This document shows positions 27,908 to 36,710 of a DNA stretch of 56,009 bases, piece after piece. The stretch lies in the NCBI GenBank assembly GCA_035490755.1, contig DATJLC010000085.1:1-56009 (forward strand), read 5' to 3'. Position numbers and translations under genes: made by a program. The notes beneath the pieces are model-generated. The model was not told the DNA's origin, ran no database searches, and worked only from the letters and a program-made list of their open reading frames with translations. Source of the DNA: Sphingobium sp. (lineage in GTDB: Bacteria; Pseudomonadota; Alphaproteobacteria; Sphingomonadales; Sphingomonadaceae). The stretch's first letter is position 1; each line of letters opens with the position of its first letter.

Positions 27908-29710
27908 ATGCGGACGCAACCGAAACTCATGCGTACGGTTCGGCTCGAGCGCTGGGTGCCGGCGGCCGCCTGGCTGCGCGGCTATGACCGTGCGACGCTG
28001 GGCCAGGACCTGTTCGCGGCGCTCATCGTCACCCTGATGCTGATCCCGCAGAGCCTTGCGTACGCGATGCTCGCCGGGCTGCCGCCCCAGGTTGGGCTGT
28101 ACGCGAGCATTGCCCCCCTGATTGCATATGCCGCGTTTGGCACCAGCCGCACGCTGTCCGTAGGGCCCGTCGCCGTGGTGTCCTTGATGACCGCTGCGGC
28201 GGTCGGCGACATCGCGGCATCGGGGACTGCGGGCTATGTCGAGGCGGCGCTCGTGCTCGCGCTGCTGTCAGGCCTGGTGCTGCTGGGCATGGCGCTGTTG
28301 CGGCTGGGCTTCCTTGCCACGTTCCTGAGTCATCCGGTGATCTCCGGCTTCATCACCGCCTCGGCCGTGCTAATCGCCGCGAGCCAGCTCAAGCACATCC
28401 TCGGTGTGCGTGTGGAAGGCGACACGCTGCTCGAGCTCGTGCCCGCGCTGGTCAATGCCTTGCCTGCCGCCAACCTTCCGACGCTGGTTATCGGTGTACT
28501 GGCGACCGCGTTCCTGTTCTGGGTGCGCAAGGGGCTCAAGCCACTGCTGCTGCGTATCGGCCTGCCGGTGCGCGCTGCCGACTTCGCGACCAAGGCCGGA
28601 CCGGTCGTTGCGATCATCGCGACGACGCTCGCGGTCGCAGCCTGGGATTTGGCATCAAGCGGTGTTCGGGTGGTTGGCGCGATCCCGGCGGGCCTGCCAC
28701 CGCTGTCCATCCCCCGCTTCGATGCAGGGCTATGGGTGCAGTTGCTGCCTGCAGCGGCCCTGATCAGCCTGGTGGGGTTCGTCGAATCGATTTCGGTTGC
28801 ACAGACGCTGGCGGCCAAACGCCGCGAGCGCATCGACGCGAACCAGGAGCTGGTCGGCCTGGGCTCGGCCAACGTCGCGGCCGCGCTGACCGGCGGCTAT
28901 CCGGTCACCGGCGGCTTCGCACGCTCGGTCGTCAATTTCGACGCGGGCGCCCGAACGCAGCTGGCGGGCGTGTTCACTGCCGCCGGCATTGCGCTCGTCG
29001 CCCTGCTGTTCACTCCGCTGTTCCGCAACCTGCCGCAGGCCGCGCTCGCCGCCACGATCATCGTCGCGGTGCTCTCGCTGGTGGACCTGGGCACGGTGCG
29101 TCACACCTGGCGCTACTCGCGCAGCGATTTCTCGGCGATGGCGGTCACGATCCTCGTCGTGCTCGCGGTCGGCGTGGAGGCCGGCATCGTCGCGGGTGTC
29201 GCGCTGTCGATCGTGCTGTACCTATGGCGAACGAGCCGCCCGCACATCGCGGTCGTCGGCCAGGTGCCCGGTACCGAGCATTTCCGCAACATCGAGCGCC
29301 ACGCGGTGCTGACCAGCCCGCACGTGCTGTCGGTGCGCGTCGATGAAAGTCTGTACTTCGCGAATGCGCGGTACCTCGAGGACCGGTTGTACGACGAGAT
29401 CGCGCGACGCCCGGAGATCCGCGACGTCGTGTTGATGTGCCCGGCCGTCAACTACATCGACGCCAGCGCGCTCGACAGCCTCGAAGTGATCAACGACCGG
29501 CTGAGGCAGGCCGGCGTGCGGTTCCATCTGACCGAGGTCAAGGGACCGGTGTTCGACCGGCTGCAGCGCTCGCGTTTCCTTGACCACCTCAGCGGCCGCG
29601 TGTTCCTGAGCCAGCACCAGGCCATGGCGGCGCTGGATCCCGACGTGACCCGACAGGCCGACGAAAGCAGCCCGGCCTCACCTTCCCCTCCCGCAGGAGC
29701 CGCCACATGA
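27908..29710 (+). CDS. SulP family anion transporter with STAS domain
   Basis: LIPQSLAYAMLAGLPP, GTSRTLSVGP, GGFARS, RVDESLYFANA. Confidence 0.93.
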   Translation: MRTQPKLMRTVRLERWVPAAAWLRGYDRATLGQDLFAALIVTLMLIPQSLAYAMLAGLPPQVGLYASIAPLIAYAAFGTSRTLSVGPVAVVSLMTAAAVGDIAASGTAGYVEAALVLALLSGLVLLGMALLRLGFLATFLSHPVISGFITASAVLIAASQLKHILGVRVEGDTLLELVPALVNALPAANLPTLVIGVLATAFLFWVRKGLKPLLLRIGLPVRAADFATKAGPVVAIIATTLAVAAWDLASSGVRVVGAIPAGLPPLSIPRFDAGLWVQLLPAAALISLVGFVESISVAQTLAAKRRERIDANQELVGLGSANVAAALTGGYPVTGGFARSVVNFDAGARTQLAGVFTAAGIALVALLFTPLFRNLPQAALAATIIVAVLSLVDLGTVRHTWRYSRSDFSAMAVTILVVLAVGVEAGIVAGVALSIVLYLWRTSRPHIAVVGQVPGTEHFRNIERHAVLTSPHVLSVRVDESLYFANARYLEDRLYDEIARRPEIRDVVLMCPAVNYIDASALDSLEVINDRLRQAGVRFHLTEVKGPVFDRLQRSRFLDHLSGRVFLSQHQAMAALDPDVTRQADESSPASPSPPAGAAT

Positions 29711-30141
29711 CCGAGATCCGTTCATTCGCACGCGACCGCTACAGCAGTGGCCAGCCGAGCCCCGAGCAACTCGAGCGGCTTGCCAAGGAGGGCGTTCGCA
29801 CCGTGATCAACCTGCGCTCTCCAAATGAGCCGGACCAGTACGACGAGCAAGCCGAGGCCGAACGGCAAGGGTTGCGCTATGTATCCATCCCTGTCGCAGG
29901 CGCGCAGGACCTGACGGCGGAGACCGTGCAGCGGTTCTCGGATGAGCTGGCACAGGCGCACCAGGCGGGCCCTGTCCTCATCCATTGCGCGAGCGCGAAC
30001 CGCGTCGGGGCGATGGTGGCGCTCGAGCACGGCTGGCACCAGGGCGCCGAGCCGGATGCTGCGCTGGCGCTGGGTCGTGCGGCGGGCCTCACCGGACTGG
30101 AACCCGTGGTGTCCGATCTTCTTGCACGCCGCCCCGCCTGA
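29707..30141 (+). CDS. DUF442/TIGR01244-type sulfurtransferase (cytoplasmic)
   Basis: SSGQP, TVINLR, PVLIHCASANR. Confidence 0.82.
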   Translation: MTEIRSFARDRYSSGQPSPEQLERLAKEGVRTVINLRSPNEPDQYDEQAEAERQGLRYVSIPVAGAQDLTAETVQRFSDELAQAHQAGPVLIHCASANRVGAMVALEHGWHQGAEPDAALALGRAAGLTGLEPVVSDLLARRPA

Positions 30142-30163
30142 CTCGCCTTTACGGAGAGACGCC

Positions 30164-30913
30164 GTGATCTTCCGCCAACTGTTCGAACCGGTCTCGTCGA
30201 CGTACACCTATCTCATCGCGTGTCCCGAGACCCGCGAGGCCGCCTTGATCGACCCGGTCATGCCGGCCTGGCAGCGCGACATGCAGGTCGTCAACGAGCT
30301 CGGGCTCAAGCTCGTCATGACGATCGACACGCACATCCATGCGGACCACATCACGTCCGCGTCGATGCTCCGCCGCGAAGCCGGCAGCCGCATCGCGATG
30401 CCGGCCCTCGACGCACTGCCCTGCACCGACGTTCCGTTCGACGACGGCGCACCGCTGTCCATCGGCGGCGTGCGCATCGACCCGATGCACACGCCCGGCC
30501 ACACCGACAACCACTTCGCGCTGTTCGCGGGCGACCGCGTGTTCACCGGCGACGCGCTGCTCATCGATGGATGCGGGCGCACCGATTTCCAGAGTGGTGA
30601 TTCACGCGCACTGTACGAGAGCGTGCGCGGCCGGCTGTTCGGGCTGCCGGGTGAAACGCTCGTGTATCCCGCGCACGACTACCAGGGCCGCTGGGTCTCG
30701 AGCATCGCGCAGGAGCGGCAGCGGAACCCGCGTCTCGGCGCGGACCGCACGCTCGAGGATTTTGTCGAGCTGATGGAAAACCTCAACCTGCCGTACCCGA
30801 AGTTCATCGACTACGCCGTGCCGGGCAATAAGGCCTGTGGCCAGTGCCCACCGGAGCTGCCCGACCACCTGCACGAGTACTGCCAGGAAATGGCGGAAAG
30901 CCCCCAGGGGTAG
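30164..30913 (+). CDS. ETHE1-type persulfide dioxygenase
   Basis: IFRQLFEPVSSTYTYL, THIHADHIT, GCGRTDFQ, YPAHDY, LPYPKFID..VPGNKACG; GTG start after GGAGA. Confidence 0.88.
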   Translation: MIFRQLFEPVSSTYTYLIACPETREAALIDPVMPAWQRDMQVVNELGLKLVMTIDTHIHADHITSASMLRREAGSRIAMPALDALPCTDVPFDDGAPLSIGGVRIDPMHTPGHTDNHFALFAGDRVFTGDALLIDGCGRTDFQSGDSRALYESVRGRLFGLPGETLVYPAHDYQGRWVSSIAQERQRNPRLGADRTLEDFVELMENLNLPYPKFIDYAVPGNKACGQCPPELPDHLHEYCQEMAESPQG

Positions 30914-30967
30914 AGAAGCAGCCGCTTGGTCTGCCCTCGCTCATCGAGCACCAGCCCCAGTCGCGAT

Positions 30968-30991
30968 GTCCGCTTTGGGTCGAAAGCGGAC
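30968..30991 (+). repeat. 24-bp palindromic junction site, copy C
   Basis: GTCCGCTTTGGGTCGAAAGCGGAC at right edge of sulfur module. Confidence 0.8.
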
Positions 30992-31021
30992 ACTGTTGCC
31001 GCCTATCTGTCCCCGGTCCCA

Positions 31022-31312
31022 TCATCCGATGAGGATCGGAACCACCTGTCCTGGCACTCCAACACTCAGTTCTTCAGGGCTCGAGACAGCAGGGAGCATG
31101 GATCGCCAGAAGTACTCGGCATCTCGGCCGACCACGGGATGACAGCCGCGGGAGCGCAGCGCGTTCATCACTGTAGGACTTAGCTCAGTTCCGAGGTGAA
31201 GCTCGCCGATGGGAGTTGCGGCACCCCAGCTTGACGCAGGACGCATCTCGCTCCGCTTGCTGGCTACAAGGACCAAGGTTCCGTCGCCGCGTTCCAAGAC
31301 GTCGACCAGCAT
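31022..31312 (-). CDS. Small hypothetical protein
   Basis: MLVDVLERGDGTLVLV...; GAGG upstream; resembles 31588-31857. Confidence 0.45.
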   Translation of the reverse strand: MLVDVLERGDGTLVLVASKRSEMRPASSWGAATPIGELHLGTELSPTVMNALRSRGCHPVVGRDAEYFWRSMLPAVSSPEELSVGVPGQVVPILIG

Positions 31313-31587
31313 CTCCAAACCTCTACTAAAAGATGGCCCTCGACCGCTCCAAGGGGAGGTCGAAGGCCATTGCCCTAAGGGGCACCCTCCCAGAGACAAC
31401 CCGCAGCTTTCGCCGCTCCATGAAGCTAGCTCCTGGCCGATGACGGCCGAATCTAGGCGGCGTCCTTGCCTGAGCAGCAGGAGCCGGCAGACAGCCGGCT
31501 TCGGCCAGGAATGCGTCCGCCCGGGACCGCACAGACATCTGCCAAGCGGCTGTATAAGCTCAGGGAGCGACTCAGATCCGAAGCATC

Positions 31588-31857
31588 GTGGATATCCGCG
31601 TCTATCGCCGATCCGACGCCGCCCTGGTCGTGGTGCCGGGGCTGTTTCAGCCACCTGTCGCGCTCGAACGCGAGGGTGCGCTGCGCCCACTGGGCACAGT
31701 GGAGATCGAACTGAATCTGCTCAGCGACGAGCTGGTAGCAGATATTGGGCTGAACGGGTATGCGATCGCACGCGGCCCGGATGAGGCGCTGATCCGGACG
31801 CGCGCCGGGCGTCGGCTCGCCGCTGGCGTCGCTGAGCCCGCGGGCGCCAGCCGCTAG
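31588..31857 (+). CDS. Small hypothetical protein
   Basis: 89-aa globular-looking ORF, GTG start. Confidence 0.55.
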   Translation: MDIRVYRRSDAALVVVPGLFQPPVALEREGALRPLGTVEIELNLLSDELVADIGLNGYAIARGPDEALIRTRAGRRLAAGVAEPAGASR

Positions 31858-32022
31858 GTGCCCGATGATGTGGAGGCACGGGCGCCAAGGAGCGGGTACC
31901 CCAACGCCGCAAGCACGGCATCAACGGGCGCAAAGGGCTCAACAGAAATTGCGACCACTCGGTTGCATAAAGCGGCGGCCGCTTTCATTTCCGTCTAACT
32001 CCGCATCCGGAAATTCCCGCGA

Positions 32023-32334
32023 ATGGAACTTCTTTGTGTGCCCCGCAGCGAGTATGAGCGGTTCATGTCGGCGGCTGGTGTCGCCTTTGATACCCCTGAG
32101 CTAGAAAACAATGGTGTCGTCGTGGCGGCCCAGGCGGATGGCTGCTACTACGTCGATCCCCTTGCTTTCCGACTCCTCGTAGACGACGACCCAATCGCCC
32201 TCGAGGCGCTTGAGCATTGCGCGAGAACTCGTCCAGGCGGTAGTCCGCTCTGGCGGAACCGGCCCGGAGCTAGTCGCCTTGGGAAGAGCCTCCCGCCGCA
32301 ACCCAGCAGAAGCCGCACTGATACTGGGTTCTAG
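32023..32334 (+). CDS. Small hypothetical protein
   Basis: ORF with protein-like composition; no recognised motif. Confidence 0.35.
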   Translation: MELLCVPRSEYERFMSAAGVAFDTPELENNGVVVAAQADGCYYVDPLAFRLLVDDDPIALEALEHCARTRPGGSPLWRNRPGASRLGKSLPPQPSRSRTDTGF

Positions 32335-32489
32335 AACGCCGCTACACCCATCCGATGGCCGGCTAGGCGGCCGATATCTGAGGCGAACTAGCGGACCACG
32401 CCCGAAGCGCTGTCGGACGAACGGCGCGCGGAGAACTGCTCCGGCCGAGAGAATGGAACCCAGCTGAATAGGGCCTGGCGAAGAGAGCG

Positions 32490-32732
32490 ATGGACGGGGA
32501 CAGCCGCAAGCTCGAAATCGAGAAGGACTTGATGGCATGGCAGCGCGCCAGCACCATCTGCCACGACAAGCTGACCGCCCTAGAGAGTCTGCTCGGTCAT
32601 TATCAAGGCGCAGATCGCGAGCTCTTTGAAGTGCTGGTCGAGCGCGAGCGTGATATTTGTGCACAGCTTCGCAATCGCATCACATCAAAGCTCTCCGAGC
32701 TCGTGAAGCTAGGAACAGCGCAGCACAAATAG
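32490..32732 (+). CDS. Small helical hypothetical protein
   Basis: 80 aa amphipathic helical sequence, GAGAG before ATG. Confidence 0.45.
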   Translation: MDGDSRKLEIEKDLMAWQRASTICHDKLTALESLLGHYQGADRELFEVLVERERDICAQLRNRITSKLSELVKLGTAQHK

Positions 32733-32800
32733 TTGGCTGCCTCGCCTGGGCATGCCTTGGAGAGGCTAGCGACAAGCGCTAGTCGCTACCGCTCGGCCGA

Positions 32801-32824
32801 GTCCGCTTTCGGCCAGAAGCGGAC
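32801..32824 (+). repeat. 24-bp palindromic junction site, copy D
   Basis: GTCCGCTTTCGGCCAGAAGCGGAC, 22/24 identical to copy B. Confidence 0.8.
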
Positions 32825-32982
32825 ATCGGATAATAGGGTCAGCGAGTTCCGCTGATGAGGTCGCTGCATCTACGCAGTAGGGCCTGAGCCTCAGGTATGT
32901 GGAATCGGCGGTGGCGAGGACGCCGGGACGCAGGACTGAACCAAGCTACGATCAACGGCCTGCCTACCCCCAGCGGCCATAG

Positions 32983-33873
32983 TCACCCCTGAGGGATTCT
33001 CAGCGGTACGCATGCGTCGCAGCGTTCGAACTCGGCCCGGCGATGGTTCGTACCTTCAATCATGAGCTGGTCGCCTTCGACATACACCGCTTCCGGGCTC
33101 TCCAGTGCAGCGACGTTTGCCATCGAGACAGGGCTCACTCCGGGTCCATTCATGCCGCCCTGACAGCCCCCGTAATCCATCCCTCGCTGGGGAAAGTGGA
33201 CCCGGTCGTGCTGCACCAGGTAATCACCCGTCATCAGCCCGCAGTCGATCGACAGCGCGAATGTCCTCGCAGCGAAGTCCAGCTGGATCGGACGACCCGA
33301 TACCGGCCGGCCATTGACTGCCTTCAGTCGCCACCGGGTGTTTGCGAGGTTCGCCCCCTGCGGGCCGCGATCGGGCCGGACCGAGAGCTCCAGACGTGTT
33401 CTCCCGCTGCTGTCGGCCAGTGTCAGCCGATCACCTGCACGCGTTGCGGTGTCGATCCCCATGAGGGCGCCACCGAGCCGTCGTGACTGCTCGAGCACGG
33501 GGTCGGCACAGCCAATCGCCGTCGACACGATCTCGGTAAGCCCGAAGCTGCGGGACTTCGCATAGGACCCGCCGAACCAGTTGCAGCCATCGAAGCCGCC
33601 AACGCGCTTGGGCTCAAAATCGAGCGTGATCCGTGTCGCCGGGAGGACCGGCCTGCCGTCGATGCGCTCGACAACCCAGCGGGTGCCTGCGAACTCTGCC
33701 GGGGTCGATGTCTGCGTCGCGACGCGGGCCGGTTGGCCCGCTCGATGGCTCTCGGCGGGCATCGAGCAGCCTGCCAGCAGAGCGCCGGCGAGCAAGAAGG
33801 CTGCCACACCCGAGGCCTGTGCGCAGGCACCGCTGGGCTTTCGACTGGGGCTAGGGCCACGATACGTCGTCAT
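32983..33873 (-). CDS. Lipoprotein with two META (HslJ-like) domains
   Basis: LAGC lipobox; FAGTRWVVERIDG..GGFDGCNWFGGSY..STAIGC and LANTRWRLKAVNG repeat; start uncertain. Confidence 0.75.
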   Translation of the reverse strand: MTTYRGPSPSRKPSGACAQASGVAAFLLAGALLAGCSMPAESHRAGQPARVATQTSTPAEFAGTRWVVERIDGRPVLPATRITLDFEPKRVGGFDGCNWFGGSYAKSRSFGLTEIVSTAIGCADPVLEQSRRLGGALMGIDTATRAGDRLTLADSSGRTRLELSVRPDRGPQGANLANTRWRLKAVNGRPVSGRPIQLDFAARTFALSIDCGLMTGDYLVQHDRVHFPQRGMDYGGCQGGMNGPGVSPVSMANVAALESPEAVYVEGDQLMIEGTNHRRAEFERCDACVPLRIPQG

Positions 33874-34038
33874 CGGTGCCTTTTTAGCCGACCGGCCGTC
33901 GAGGACAGGTAGGAAAGCGGCCGCGGCGCCGGCGTACGGCTCCCTGCGGTCCATCGGCCGGCGATCCGTGCAGTCCTCGGCAGCGTCGGCGAGTACTACA
34001 TCGGCGAGGTCGGCTGGCGCCTGCTGCAGGCACCGCTC

Positions 34039-34548
34039 GTGGTCGCGCTGTGCGTGCTGTTTTACCTGACGGTCAATGGCGCGTTGGATTGGCTCGCCCG
34101 GGAGATCCGGCTGGCGGCGACCCGATTGCTCGCGATGCGCCGGTTCCGGTGGCTCGCGCCGGTCGTGCGCACGCCATTCGTACGGGTGCCTGCGATCTCC
34201 GCCGCGATCACATTGCCCATCCTCTCCGCGCTGACCACCCTGCTCTTCTTCATTCTTCTTCCGCTCGTCCTCGCCGAGCAGGCAGGCGCACGCGACGCGC
34301 GCCGGCTGAAGGAGCGACTGGCGCAGGGCGTGGATGTGAGCGCATTTCTGAAGGTGCACGCCTCACAGGGCATGCGACTTCCGGGCGATGCCCGCCTCGT
34401 CCAGTGCACATCCGAGTGGTGCGTGGTGTTCACGAACGGGACCTTCCATGCGCTGCCCAAGGCATCGATCGCCCAAGCCGGTCCCCGACCGATCCTCTCG
34501 ACAAGTCCGACCGCCGCGCCAGCGCTCAAGCCGCCGACGGCGCGGTAG
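34039..34548 (+). pseudogene. Membrane protein, probably 5'-truncated remnant
   Basis: Two hydrophobic segments; frame is open upstream to ~33913 without a convincing start/RBS. Confidence 0.35.
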
Positions 34549-34608
34549 TTCAGGTCGGCGGGTGCGCGAGCAGGACCGCCTGCGCGTAGACGAGGCGGGG
34601 CGACTGCC

Positions 34609-34941
34609 CTACTCCCGCGACTCGAGTTCCTTGAGAAGGCGCCGACGCTCGGCGGCGCTCAGCTCCGTCCACACCAGGATCCACCGGGCGAGCTGGTCAT
34701 CCTCGGCGTAGAGGTAGGCCAACGGCACACCGAGCTCTCGCGCGATCCGCGCCGCCGTGGTGTGGTGCGGGACGTGGACGCCGTTTTCGTACTGGTTGAT
34801 CCGGGGGCTGGCCACGCCTGGGTCCATGCCGACGCGTCGGCCGAGCTCGACCTGGGCGATACCGAGCCGCTCTCGCGCCTCGCGCAGGCGCACAGCAAGG
34901 ATCGGCAGTTCCCCAGCCTCGGACGCCACAGACCACCCCAA
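34609..34941 (-). CDS. XRE-family HTH transcriptional regulator
   Basis: RLREARERLGIAQVELG...SPRINQYENGVHVP...PLAYLYAEDD. Confidence 0.88.
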   Translation of the reverse strand: MGWSVASEAGELPILAVRLREARERLGIAQVELGRRVGMDPGVASPRINQYENGVHVPHHTTAARIARELGVPLAYLYAEDDQLARWILVWTELSAAERRRLLKELESRE

Positions 34942-35032
34942 TAGGACAGGCCCATAGGGTGGGAAACTCCGAGCGGCTCCGATACTAAGTTATCCTGATA
35001 GGCGCGTTCAACGACGGGGCTGAGCCCGCGCA

Positions 35033-35806
35033 ATGGCCCCCACGCCCCCTGCCACGATCGACGACCTCGGCCTGCCGGGAGCGCTCTACCTGGGCGCGCT
35101 CATGGAGAGCTGCGGACGACGTACGCGCATCGCCCCGACCCGCCGCATGACCCTCGCGGTCATGGGCCAGCTCCGCGAGCTCGGGCTCATCGACGTGCCC
35201 TGGCCCGAGCCTCGCTGGGAGGCCTCGCCCGAGGCGTGCGAGACGCCGATCGAGGGGCTGCAGTGGCGCTTCGCATGGCAGGCGTACGAGCCGGATGCAT
35301 TGGCCCCTGCCCTGCGCGACTACCTGCAGTCCGTCCCGCGCGACGATTTCGCCGTCGTCCTGCGCCTGAAGATCTGGCGCGAGCTCGTCGTCGCCGAAGG
35401 CGAGCGCTACTTCGAGGCCCAGCTCAGCAAGCATCAGTTCGACCCGAGCTGGGCCCAGGACCTGGTCTTCGTCCACCGCGAATGCGGACTGGAGCTGTCG
35501 GCCGCGCAATGGCGCTACTGCGCCTGGGCCGCCACCCGCCAAGGGGCTTCGATCGCGCAGCAGCAGCGCCTGCCCGACCCGGCTCGCGTGCGCGAGGTGA
35601 TCTTCGCCGAGCTGCGAAGGCGCGTGGGGCCGGTCGCGTCCGGCCAGTGGACCAACACCTCGTTCATGCCGTTCAACGCGAGACCCGACAGCGCGCTGAG
35701 CGCGCTGTTTGCCGAACACCTCACCACGCTGGGCGAGCTCTTCTGGGCCCTCGTGCCCAGCGAACTGGCCCTGCTCGCGCCCGCCCGGGCCCGGCACGTG
35801 TCCTGA
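35033..35806 (+). CDS. Hypothetical protein (Trp-rich, cytoplasmic)
   Basis: 257 aa ORF with GC3-biased codons, divergent from XRE gene. Confidence 0.7.
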   Translation: MAPTPPATIDDLGLPGALYLGALMESCGRRTRIAPTRRMTLAVMGQLRELGLIDVPWPEPRWEASPEACETPIEGLQWRFAWQAYEPDALAPALRDYLQSVPRDDFAVVLRLKIWRELVVAEGERYFEAQLSKHQFDPSWAQDLVFVHRECGLELSAAQWRYCAWAATRQGASIAQQQRLPDPARVREVIFAELRRRVGPVASGQWTNTSFMPFNARPDSALSALFAEHLTTLGELFWALVPSELALLAPARARHVS

Positions 35807-35860
35807 CCGACCGCTTTTCACCACGGGCCACACGCGCCCATCCAACCCAAGGGGACTTCC

Positions 35861-36646
35861 ATGGATCGTTCGTTCTCCGGCGCCTGTCGCCGCTCACTCG
35901 CCGCACTGGCGGTATTGGCCCTCACCGCCTGCAGCGGACCTGCGGACGAGAAGCTCGTGACCTCGCGGGGCCTGGAGGCCTACCGGGCCTCGCTCGCGCC
36001 GATCGTGCCCAAGCTTTCGCCGGAAGAGGCCAAGGCGCTGGACTGGGCGGTGTCCGACCTCGACCTGGACAAGCTCCACGCGCGCTATCCCGAAGGCAGT
36101 GTGCGCGACATCATCCGCGGCGAAGCCAGGCTCGTGCTCGACACCTACCCCGCGGCGATCAAAACGCTTGAGGCGCGCCAGCGGACCGAGGCGCCGATCC
36201 GCGAGCAGCTTTCGCGCATTGCCGCGATCGATCCGCACTTTTTCATCGACAAGAACTTCTTCGGGCTCCAGCCCCGGATCCGCGCCACGATCCTCAACGG
36301 CTCGAACCTGCCGATCAGCGGGCTGAACTGGAAGGCCGCGCTCTACATCGACGGTCGCAGTGAACCCGAGGCGACGACGACACTGACGAACGACTACCGC
36401 GACCACGGTGGACTCAAGCCAGGTGGTCGCTTCACGGTCACCTTCAACGTCGGCTTCGTGCGCGGGGACGAGGGCTGGACGACGCTGGCGATCCGCAATG
36501 CCAGGACCCGCCGCGTGGTGCTCACTCCCGTGCTCGAGTCGGTCAAGGACTTCTCCGATGGGCCTTTTGTCGAGGGCGACACGACGGCGCAGATCGCGCA
36601 GCACAAGGCGGCGCTGCAGAAAGCGGCCGAGTACGAGTCGCTCTGA
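35861..36646 (+). CDS. Hypothetical lipoprotein
   Basis: LALTAC lipobox; AAGGGG RBS; strong codon bias. Confidence 0.75.
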   Translation: MDRSFSGACRRSLAALAVLALTACSGPADEKLVTSRGLEAYRASLAPIVPKLSPEEAKALDWAVSDLDLDKLHARYPEGSVRDIIRGEARLVLDTYPAAIKTLEARQRTEAPIREQLSRIAAIDPHFFIDKNFFGLQPRIRATILNGSNLPISGLNWKAALYIDGRSEPEATTTLTNDYRDHGGLKPGGRFTVTFNVGFVRGDEGWTTLAIRNARTRRVVLTPVLESVKDFSDGPFVEGDTTAQIAQHKAALQKAAEYESL

Positions 36647-36664
36647 GAGCGGGCCGCGAAACGT

Positions 36665-36694
36665 AGGGCGGCGGATGCAACAGGCCGCCGCCCT
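36665..36694. terminator. Stem-loop between convergent genes
   Basis: AGGGCGGCGG-N10-CCGCCGCCCT. Confidence 0.5.
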
Positions 36695-36710
36695 TCCCGC
36701 ACGGCCTGGG

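Noticed and set aside
31492..31517. Further degenerate copies of the 24-bp site (also near 144, 14926, 32846, 33913)
   Set aside because: Matches are partial and could arise by chance in GC-rich DNA; not counted as evidence
23255..32824. GTCCGCT..AGCGGAC repeats as a CRISPR array or simple terminators
   Set aside because: Spacing is irregular and kb-scale, no cas genes are present and there are no U-tracts; a REP-like role cannot be fully excluded
32983..34359. 458-aa ORF in full length
   Set aside because: N-terminal ~160 codons are antisense to another ORF and low-complexity; the lipobox indicates a start near 33873 or later
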